Source of the DNA: Nitrospirota bacterium
GTDB lineage: Bacteria > Nitrospirota > Thermodesulfovibrionia > Thermodesulfovibrionales > JdFR-88
DNA: 31,209 nucleotides
Reading direction: 5' to 3'
Assembly: GCA_021790695.1 (NCBI GenBank)
Contig: JAJYGJ010000034.1
Location: 1 to 31,209, forward strand
Within the stretch, counting starts at the first letter, position 1; each line of letters starts with the position of its first letter. The notes beneath the pieces are model-generated. The model had not been told where the DNA came from. It made no database searches and worked only from the letters and a program-made list of their open reading frames with translations. This document shows, piece after piece, positions 24,205 to 31,209 of this stretch. The position numbers and the translations under genes were made by a program.

Positions 24205-26133
24205 ATGATCCTGCGCATAAGGGGCGGCCAGAAACCGGAGATACCCGTAAAGGAGGGGCAAAGCATCCTTGCCGCCCTGAAAGAGGCGGAGATTTATCTG
24301 ACGGCCTCCTGCGGGGGAAAAGGTGTCTGCGGCAAATGCAAGGTAAAACTCCTTGAAGGGCCCGCCGAGATAACCGGGTTTACAAAGCTCTCACGCGAGG
24401 AGCGCGACTCCGGCATCGTCCTTGCCTGCCGCAGTTTCCCGAAAGGGGATGTCGGCATCGAGATACCGGAGACTTCGAGGATCGCCGTGGGGGAAAAGAT
24501 CGCCGTCTCCCGCGGGGGAAACCTCCAGGGACTCGTCTCCGCCATGGGCGGGGAAATGGACCCGGCGGTAAGGACGGCCGGTTTGAAACTGGTCCCCCCC
24601 GCAATCGGCGACAACTCAAGCGACCTGGAGCGCCTGAGGGCGGCGCTCGAGGCGGCCGGCGTACCCCCGCTCGACTTCCCGCATGATTTCATTTTTTTAA
24701 ACGGGATGGGCAGGGTCCTGAGGCAGGCGGACTGGGATGTGGACCTGCATTACGCCGCGGGTTCCGCCATATCGCTTGATCCCCGGTCCGGGTCAACGGG
24801 GGGCCGCTACGGAATCGCGGTCGATATCGGCACCACCACCGTGGTCGTTTATCTTGTCGACCTCTCAAACGGAAAACTCGTGGAGGCGGGCTCCACTTAC
24901 AATTCGCAGATCCGCTTCGGAGACGACGTCATCACCAGGATCGTGCACGCAACGGAGAGGGGCGGGCTTTCCGACCTCCGGCAGGCCGTGCTCGAAGACA
25001 TTAACGGGCTTGTAGGCGCGATCTCGCAGAGGCACGCGCTTGCGCCGGGCTCGATATTGACGGCCGTGATAAGCGGAAACACGACGATGAGCCATCTCTT
25101 CTGGGGGCTGGACACGGCCTCGATAAGGGAGGAGCCCTATGTGCCGGGGGTGAGCTATTTCCCCGTCTGGAGGGGCGGCGAGGCGGGCCTTTTATTGAAT
25201 CCCTGCGGGCGGGTCTACACGATGCCCTGCATGGCCAGTTACGTGGGCGGCGACATCGTCTCCGGCATCCTGGCCTCCGGCATGACCAGAAATGGGGAGA
25301 TCGCCCTTTTCATGGACATCGGGACAAACGGAGAGGTGGCCGTGGGCAACGATGAATGGCTCATAACCGCGGCCTGCTCGGCCGGCCCCTGCTTCGAGGG
25401 AAGCGGCATACGGCACGGAATGAGGGCCACCGAAGGGGCGATAGAATCCGTAAGGATAAAAGACGGGCGGGTCGAAACCGGCGTTGTCGGCGGCGCCCCC
25501 GGTCCCGGGGCCGTTCCCAGGGGCATATGCGGCTCCGGCATGATAGACGCGGTCTCGGAAATGCTGTTAAGTGGCATCATCGACAGGAAAGGGAATTTTA
25601 ACCACGCGGACGGCGGCGGCAGGCTGCCGGAGTCAATCGCAAAGAGGCTCCGCGCCGGCCAGGAGGGCGACGAATTCGTGCTCGCCTCCGGGCCCGCGGG
25701 GCAGATAGCGCTCACGCAGGTGGACATAGAAAACATACTGCGGGCCAAGGCGGCCGTCTATGCCGGCGTTTCAACACTTGTCAAAGAGGTGGGGCTAACG
25801 CTCTCCGACATAGAGAAAGTGTACATCGCGGGCGGATTCGGCAATTACCTGAACGTGGAGAAGGCGGTCATACTGGGGATGCTGCCGGATATTCCCATGG
25901 AAAAATACGTCTTCCTTGGAAACACCTCAATAACGGGGGCCTATCTTGCCCTCGTGTCGGAGGGGTTCAGGCGGGAGGCTGAGCAGATCGCCTCCCGGAT
26001 GACTTACATGGAGCTTTCGGTCTCGCCCGGATTCATGAGCGAGTACATGTCCGCGCTGTTTCTGCCCCATACCGACTCAAGCCAGTTCCCCACGGTGGAA
26101 AAACTGCTCGCGCAAAAAGGCGCGAGCGGATAA
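24205..26133 (+). CDS. ASKHA-domain reductive activator of corrinoid proteins (RACo/AcsV-like, DUF4445) with N-terminal 2Fe-2S domain
   Basis: CGGKGVCGKC...LAC 2Fe-2S; AVDIGTTT, GDDVITRI, SGNTTMSHL, YVGGDIVSG, DIGTNGE, SAGPCFEG, GICGSG, IAGGFG. Start ATG 24205. Confidence 0.9.
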   Translation: MILRIRGGQKPEIPVKEGQSILAALKEAEIYLTASCGGKGVCGKCKVKLLEGPAEITGFTKLSREERDSGIVLACRSFPKGDVGIEIPETSRIAVGEKIAVSRGGNLQGLVSAMGGEMDPAVRTAGLKLVPPAIGDNSSDLERLRAALEAAGVPPLDFPHDFIFLNGMGRVLRQADWDVDLHYAAGSAISLDPRSGSTGGRYGIAVDIGTTTVVVYLVDLSNGKLVEAGSTYNSQIRFGDDVITRIVHATERGGLSDLRQAVLEDINGLVGAISQRHALAPGSILTAVISGNTTMSHLFWGLDTASIREEPYVPGVSYFPVWRGGEAGLLLNPCGRVYTMPCMASYVGGDIVSGILASGMTRNGEIALFMDIGTNGEVAVGNDEWLITAACSAGPCFEGSGIRHGMRATEGAIESVRIKDGRVETGVVGGAPGPGAVPRGICGSGMIDAVSEMLLSGIIDRKGNFNHADGGGRLPESIAKRLRAGQEGDEFVLASGPAGQIALTQVDIENILRAKAAVYAGVSTLVKEVGLTLSDIEKVYIAGGFGNYLNVEKAVILGMLPDIPMEKYVFLGNTSITGAYLALVSEGFRREAEQIASRMTYMELSVSPGFMSEYMSALFLPHTDSSQFPTVEKLLAQKGASG

Positions 26134-26150
26134 GGAGGCCGCCTGGCGGT

Positions 26151-26438
26151 CTATTTTTTCGCCAGGATCGCGTCCTTCGCGGCCTTGGCGACCCTGAACT
26201 TCACGGCCTTCTTGGCCGGTATCTTGATCGCCTCGCCGGTCCTGGGGTTCCTGCCGGTGCGGGCCTTGCGCTTCACCAGCACTATCTTGCCGATGCCGGG
26301 CAGCGTGAAGGAATTCTTGGCCTCCTTGTACGAAAGGGCCGCGATCTCGTCCAGGATTTTTACGGCCTGCACTTTCTTGATCTCCACTTTCTGCGCCAGG
26401 TGCTCCGCGATCTGAGACTTGGTCATTGCCTTTGCCAT
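26151..26438 (-). CDS. hup: HU family DNA-binding protein
   Basis: MTKSQIAEHLA, FTLPGIGK, RKARTGRNPRTGEAIKIPAKK; AAAGGAGG RBS before ATG 26438. Confidence 0.93.
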   Translation of the reverse strand: MAKAMTKSQIAEHLAQKVEIKKVQAVKILDEIAALSYKEAKNSFTLPGIGKIVLVKRKARTGRNPRTGEAIKIPAKKAVKFRVAKAAKDAILAKK

Positions 26439-26558
26439 GAAAACCACTGCCTCCTTTGAAATTTTGGTAAAAAAGCTCCAGATAGTATATAGGATTGCCG
26501 GAAAAATGAATAGATTGTGAATTTTCAATAAAGTAAAGCGATACGCCGCCCCGGTAAA

Positions 26559-26587
26559 TTGATTACTTCGTCGATATCGTTTATGAT
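26559..26587 (+). promoter_or_regulatory. Probable sigma70 promoter of the purC-ABC-dedA unit
   Basis: TTGATT-17 nt-TATGAT. Confidence 0.5.
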
Positions 26588-26601
26588 GAAGTCTCAAGGT
26601 C

Positions 26602-27477
26602 ATGATCACGGTCAGGGAAACCAATATACCGGGTGTCGCCGCGCCGAGGCGCGGCAAGGTAAGAGACGTATACGATCTTGGCGACAAGCTCCTCATTGTG
26701 GCCACGGACAGGGTAAGCGCCTTTGACGTGGTCCTGCCCGATGCGATCCCCGGAAAGGGCGAGATGCTTACCCGGATTTCTCTTTTCTGGTTCAGTCAGA
26801 TGAGGGACATAATCGAAAACCACGTCATATCGGCGGAGGTCTCCGATTTTCCGCCGCCGTTCAACGGTTACGCGGAGCTTTTAGGGGGCAGGAGCATCCT
26901 GGCCCGGAAGGCCGGGGTGATCCCGGTGGAGTGCATAGTCCGCGGCTATCTGTCCGGCAGCGGCTGGAAATCATACCGGCAGTCCGGCTCGGTCTGCGGC
27001 ATAGGGCTTCCCCCCGGGCTCAAGGAATCCTCCCGGCTCCCCGCGCCCATTTTTACCCCGAGCACCAAGGCCGCGGAGGGACATGACGAGAACATCTCCT
27101 TCGACCAATGCGTTCAGGCCGTGGGCCCGGACACGGCCGGGGCGCTCCGCGATTATTCCATCAGGATATATGACCGGGCCCGCGATACGGCCTTGAACAA
27201 AGGCATCATCATAGCCGACACCAAGATGGAATTCGGAGTTTCCGGCGGGGGGATAATTCTGATAGACGAACTGCTGACCCCCGATTCTTCCAGGTTCTGG
27301 TCCGCGGCGGATTACCGCGAAGGACAGGGCCAGGACAGTTTTGACAAGCAGATAATAAGAGACGCGCTTACCGGCATGGGCTGGGACATGAGGCCGCCCG
27401 CCCCGAGGCTTCCGCGGGAGATACTGTCCAAGGCGGCTTCCAGGTACGGAGAAATTCTCCAGATCCTCGCCGGCTGA
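26602..27477 (+). CDS. purC: SAICAR synthase
   Basis: RGKVRDVY, ATDRVSAFD, PVECIVRGYLSGSGW, FTPSTKA, IADTKMEFG, DELLTPDSSRFW, SFDKQ. Confidence 0.96.
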   Translation: MITVRETNIPGVAAPRRGKVRDVYDLGDKLLIVATDRVSAFDVVLPDAIPGKGEMLTRISLFWFSQMRDIIENHVISAEVSDFPPPFNGYAELLGGRSILARKAGVIPVECIVRGYLSGSGWKSYRQSGSVCGIGLPPGLKESSRLPAPIFTPSTKAAEGHDENISFDQCVQAVGPDTAGALRDYSIRIYDRARDTALNKGIIIADTKMEFGVSGGGIILIDELLTPDSSRFWSAADYREGQGQDSFDKQIIRDALTGMGWDMRPPAPRLPREILSKAASRYGEILQILAG

Positions 27478-28461
27478 ATGCCCGCGATAATCAGTGTCGA
27501 GGGGCTGACGAAAAGATACGGCCGTGGGATTACGGCCGTGGACGGGGTCTCCTTCCAGGTCGAGGAAAAGACCATATTCGGTTTCCTGGGCCCCAACGGC
27601 GCCGGCAAAACGACCACGATAAACATACTCTGCACGCTCCTCAGCCCGACATCGGGCAGGGCGCTGGTAAACGGTTACGACTGCAAGACCGAGCCGCGCA
27701 TGGTGAGAAGCTCCATCGGGATCGTCTTTCAGGACACCACTCTGGACAAGGACCTTACGGCCTATGAAAACCTAGTCTTCCACGCCTACATCTACGGCGT
27801 CAGGAGGGCCCAGATCAAACCGAGGGTGGAAGAGGCCCTCCGGTTCATGGGGTTGTTCGACAGGAAGGACGATCTCGTAAAGAGGTTTTCCGGCGGGATG
27901 AAAAGACGGCTGGAGGTCGCCCGCGGGCTCATCCACAGGCCGCGGGTGCTTTTCCTCGACGAACCCACCCTGGGCCTCGATCCTCAAAGCAGGTCCCACC
28001 TCTGGGAGGCGATAGTCCTGCTGCCCAGGGAGCACGGCATGACCGTCTTCATGACCACCCACTACATGGAGGAGGCCGAGGTCTGCGACAGGATCGCGAT
28101 AATAGACGGCGGCAGGATCATCGCCTCCGGCAGCCCGGAGGAGCTTAAGAGGTCCATGGGCGGGGACGTCATTTTCCTGAAGACGACGGACAACGCACTG
28201 GCAGGGCGGAAACTGGCCGCGGCCCTGGGCGTGCAGCCGGCGGAAAAGGAAGGCGAGCTTTTCTTTGAGGCGCCGCGGGCCGATGAGCAGGTCCCGGCGG
28301 TCATCCGGGTCCTCTCCGACATGGTGCTTTCGTTGAGGCTCCAAAAGCCCACCTTGAACGATGTCTTCCTGAAGCTCACCGGCAGGCGGATAAGGCTGGA
28401 GGATGTCCAGGGCGGAGACACCATAAAGGAAGAAGTGAGGGCCTACCGGAGGAGACATTGA
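27478..28461 (+). CDS. ABC-2 type exporter ATP-binding subunit (DrrA-like)
   Basis: Walker A GPNGAGKT, signature FSGGM, LFLDEPT, TTHYMEE. Confidence 0.93.
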   Translation: MPAIISVEGLTKRYGRGITAVDGVSFQVEEKTIFGFLGPNGAGKTTTINILCTLLSPTSGRALVNGYDCKTEPRMVRSSIGIVFQDTTLDKDLTAYENLVFHAYIYGVRRAQIKPRVEEALRFMGLFDRKDDLVKRFSGGMKRRLEVARGLIHRPRVLFLDEPTLGLDPQSRSHLWEAIVLLPREHGMTVFMTTHYMEEAEVCDRIAIIDGGRIIASGSPEELKRSMGGDVIFLKTTDNALAGRKLAAALGVQPAEKEGELFFEAPRADEQVPAVIRVLSDMVLSLRLQKPTLNDVFLKLTGRRIRLEDVQGGDTIKEEVRAYRRRH

Positions 28462-29225
28462 CGGACGTAAACGCCATATACGTGATCGTCATGCGGGAGC
28501 TTAAGAAATTCATCCGCGAAAGGAGCCGCCTCATCTCCAGCATCGCAAGGCCGCTTATCTGGCTTTTCCTCGTCGGGGCGGGCTTAAGCAGGCTTGTAAG
28601 CCCGCGAGCCGGGATGCCGTACACGCAGTTTATCTTTCCCGGCATCCTGGGCATGACCATACTTTTCAGCTCCATATTCTCCTCCATCTCGATCATCTGG
28701 GACAAGGAATTCGGGTTCCTGAAGGAGATCCTGGTGGCGCCGGTGCGGCGCTCTTCCATAGTCATAGGGAAGGCCCTCTCCGGGACGATCGTCTCCACCA
28801 TCCAGGCGGCCATAGTGCTCATGGTCTTTCCCCTGATAGGGGTAAGCCTCTCGGCCGTCCAGGCGCTGCTTGCGATCATGATAAGCCTGCTCGTTGCCTT
28901 TTCCATCTCCTGTTTCGGCATAGTGATCGCCACATTTTACGAAAGTTATGAGAGTTTCAGCGTGATAATGAACTTCATAGTAATGCCCATGTTCTTTCTC
29001 TCCGGGGCGATGTACCCGGTAAGGCTCCTGCCGGCGGCCCTGAGGGGCGCTTCAAAGCTCAATCCGCTCACCTACGGCGTGGACGCGCTTAAAAACGCCG
29101 TCTTCGCGGTCCGGACGGGCCTGATGAGCCCGGACTTCAGCTTCGCGGCGGACATGGCCTTTCTGGTGGCGAGCTCCATGGCCTTCGTCGTCCTTGCCTC
29201 GGTCATGTTCGAGAGAAAACAGTAG
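28458..29225 (+). CDS. ABC-2 type exporter permease
   Basis: Six TM helices, DKEFGFLKEILVAPV, PMFFLSGAMYP, NPLTYGVD; overlaps the ATPase stop by 4 nt. Confidence 0.92.
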   Translation: MTDVNAIYVIVMRELKKFIRERSRLISSIARPLIWLFLVGAGLSRLVSPRAGMPYTQFIFPGILGMTILFSSIFSSISIIWDKEFGFLKEILVAPVRRSSIVIGKALSGTIVSTIQAAIVLMVFPLIGVSLSAVQALLAIMISLLVAFSISCFGIVIATFYESYESFSVIMNFIVMPMFFLSGAMYPVRLLPAALRGASKLNPLTYGVDALKNAVFAVRTGLMSPDFSFAADMAFLVASSMAFVVLASVMFERKQ

Positions 29226-29233
29226 GTTCCGGT

Positions 29234-29878
29234 ATGATCGGGCAGGTAATCGATTTTTTCATCCATCTGGATGTGCACCTGGGCTCGCTTATCCGGACGG
29301 CCGGCGCCTGGACCTATTTGTTTCTCTCCGTCACGATATTCTGCGAGACCGGGCTCGTGGTGACGCCGTTTCTGCCGGGCGATTCGCTGCTTTTTGCCGC
29401 CGGCGCGTTCGCGGCGGCCGGGACGCTCGATTTAAGGATATTGCTTTTTTCCCTGAGCGCCGCGGCCGTGGCGGGCAACATGGCCAACTACCAGATCGGG
29501 TGCCTGGCCGGCCCGAAGGTCTTCCATTCGGACAGGGTGAGGCTTTTAAACAGGAGGCACCTCGAAGAGACGCACAGGTTCTTTGAAAAATGGGGCCCCA
29601 TCACCATAGTGCTGGCGAGGTTCCTTCCCATAATACGCACCTTCGCCCCGTTCCTGGCCGGAGTGGGCAGGATGAATTACTGGCGGTTTTCACTCTATAA
29701 CGCTGTGGGCAGCCTCGCGTGGGTCCTGCTTTTTACCCTCGGGGGGTACTTCTTCGGAAATATTCCCGCGGTAAGGGGCAATTTCAGCCTGGTGATACTG
29801 GTTATCGTCGCCATCTCCGTGCTGCCCTCGGCCGTCGCTTTTTTCCGCGGCAGGGCAAAAAAGGCAAAAAACGCGTAA
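29234..29878 (+). CDS. DedA family membrane protein
   Basis: FCETGLVVTPFLPGDSLLFAAG, LARFLPIIRTFAPFLAG. Confidence 0.93.
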   Translation: MIGQVIDFFIHLDVHLGSLIRTAGAWTYLFLSVTIFCETGLVVTPFLPGDSLLFAAGAFAAAGTLDLRILLFSLSAAAVAGNMANYQIGCLAGPKVFHSDRVRLLNRRHLEETHRFFEKWGPITIVLARFLPIIRTFAPFLAGVGRMNYWRFSLYNAVGSLAWVLLFTLGGYFFGNIPAVRGNFSLVILVIVAISVLPSAVAFFRGRAKKAKNA

Positions 29879-29987
29879 CGAGAGGGCCGCTTCCGGCGGC
29901 CAGGCGCAAATCCGGAACGGATGGGGGCGGATGGCGGGGAAACCCGGATGCCGGCCAAGGAAACCGCAACCTGTTTGAGATAGGTCC

Positions 29988-31209
29988 TTAAAGCGCGTCC
30001 CTGCGTGGGTCGGGGCCGGACGAGCGGCGTATGAGGTCGAACTCGCGTGTGATCTCCCTGAAGGCGTCTTTCACCCTGGGATCAAAATGTTCGGGCATCG
30101 TCCGCCCGTCGCCTTCGAGGATTATCCTCATCGCCTCATCGTGGCTCAGGGGGGGTTTGTAGGGACGTCTGCTGACAAGTGCATCATATTGATCGCAGAT
30201 CATGACGATCCTGCCTTCGATGGGGATCTCCTGCCCCTTGAGGCCCCGCGGATACCCGGTGCCGTCCCACCTCTCGTGATGATTGAGGGCGATTGAAGCC
30301 GCCATCTGCAGATGGGGGTGCCGGGAGCCCTGGAGGATCTTTTCGCCTATTGTGGTATGGGTCTTTATTATTTCGAACTCCGGCGGAAGAAGCGGCCCCT
30401 GCTTAAGCAGTATGTAATCAGGGATGCCTATCTTGCCTATGTCATGCATGGGGCTGGCGAAGGAGATGGTTTCGATGAAGTCCTGGGACATGCCCATGGC
30501 CCGGGCGAGCCTGCTTGAATAAAGCCCGATGCGGATGTTGTGCGTGCCCGTTTCGATGTCCTTGTACTCGGCCACCGTCGTCAGGCGATGCACAATCTCG
30601 TTATTGAGGCTCCTCACCATGGAAAGGGCGCCGGCAAGCTCCTGCGTCCTGTCCCTCACCGTCTCCTCGAGCATCTTTTTATAGTCCTTTTCCATGCGGG
30701 AGAGCCTTCCGTATTTCACCGCCCTCTCGATGCAGTGAAGGATATGCACGGATTTGTAGGGTTTGACTATGAAATCGAAGGCCCCCTTTTGAACGGCGTT
30801 GATGGCGGTGTTCAGATCGGCGTGAGCGGTCATCAGTATGACGGGGATCTCCGGATGCTCCAGGCGTATCTTTTCAAGCAGGTCTATTCCCGTCATCTCC
30901 GGCATCCTGATGTCGGCGAGCACCGCGTCCACCGTGAGCGTGGCAAGCGTTCTGGAGGCCAGGGCGGCGTCGCCGCAGGGGATGACAGGGTAGCCGTTTT
31001 CCTTCAGGAGGCCGGAAAGGGCTTCAAGGACGAAGGGTTCATCGTCCACGATGAGGACGGCGCCGCGGCCCTCCTCGGAGAGCAGCATCTGGGCGCCGCG
31101 CACGACGACGCGGTCGCCGGCCACGACGCCTCCGGTCACGAACAGCCCGCCGGCCACCGGCGCGCCGGTCGCCACGACGCGCCGGACGAAGCGCCCGGGC
31201 CGCTCCTCG
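29988..31209 (-). CDS. Response regulator with HD-GYP output (c-di-GMP phosphodiesterase family); frame open to the window edge with an efflux-adaptor-like segment upstream of REC
   Basis: VLIVDDEP...LADIRMPEM...KP receiver; [42 protein letters not shown] motifs. No stop between 29988 and 31209. Confidence 0.88.
   Translation of the reverse strand, partial: EERPGRFVRRVVATGAPVAGGLFVTGGVVAGDRVVVRGAQMLLSEEGRGAVLIVDDEPFVLEALSGLLKENGYPVIPCGDAALASRTLATLTVDAVLADIRMPEMTGIDLLEKIRLEHPEIPVILMTAHADLNTAINAVQKGAFDFIVKPYKSVHILHCIERAVKYGRLSRMEKDYKKMLEETVRDRTQELAGALSMVRSLNNEIVHRLTTVAEYKDIETGTHNIRIGLYSSRLARAMGMSQDFIETISFASPMHDIGKIGIPDYILLKQGPLLPPEFEIIKTHTTIGEKILQGSRHPHLQMAASIALNHHERWDGTGYPRGLKGQEIPIEGRIVMICDQYDALVSRRPYKPPLSHDEAMRIILEGDGRTMPEHFDPRVKDAFREITREFDLIRRSSGPDPRRDAL

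Noticed and set aside
26439-26705. 184-aa version of the HU ORF
   Set aside because: It overlaps purC, and a strong RBS precedes ATG 26438, giving a typical 95-aa HU.
211-30518. Numerous long antisense or alternate-frame ORFs in the six-frame track (e.g. 859..1656, 12849..13592, 20456..21493, 27772..28458)
   Set aside because: They are typical high-GC shadow ORFs overlapping well-supported genes and carry no motifs of their own.
1-31209. tRNA, rRNA, integrase or transposase genes
   Set aside because: None were recognised. There is no evidence for a prophage or defence island in this window.

Overview
A roughly 60% GC chromosomal window from an anaerobic Gram-negative bacterium. The gene style suggests Nitrospirota (Thermodesulfovibrionia-like) or a Desulfobacterota relative, but this is inference only. 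Most of it is housekeeping: 5'-truncated clpB, rpsP-KH-trmD-rplS (no rimM), PfpI, a D-Ala-D-Ala carboxypeptidase, larC-birA, an MBL hydrolase, nagA-like, a stand-alone LigD phosphoesterase, an MCP, glcD-like, purQ, RACo/ASKHA, HU, purC, an ABC exporter, DedA and a REC-HD-GYP protein. The main find is a ~6 kb redox island (12813-18810). It holds an octaheme HAO-family cytochrome, a NapH-like membrane polyferredoxin, a tandem pair of small sulfite/nitrite-reductase-like (AsrC/Dsr-LP-type) proteins with an unusual shortened CX3C cofactor motif, and a DUF1858/DUF438-hemerythrin-PAS protein. All four transcription units are preceded by the same palindrome, TATGAT-N4-ATCATA, at CRP/FNR class II spacing from a -10 hexamer, and two of them appear leaderless. 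Other observations are two related inverted-repeat-bounded MITE-like elements (one strongly structured and touching the larC 3' end), an Arg/Lys-rich duplicated tail on the carboxypeptidase, many short tandem duplications at gene termini, and an apparent efflux-adaptor/REC-HD-GYP fusion with a GC jump at the right edge. All calls were made by eye from motifs; no database searches were run.
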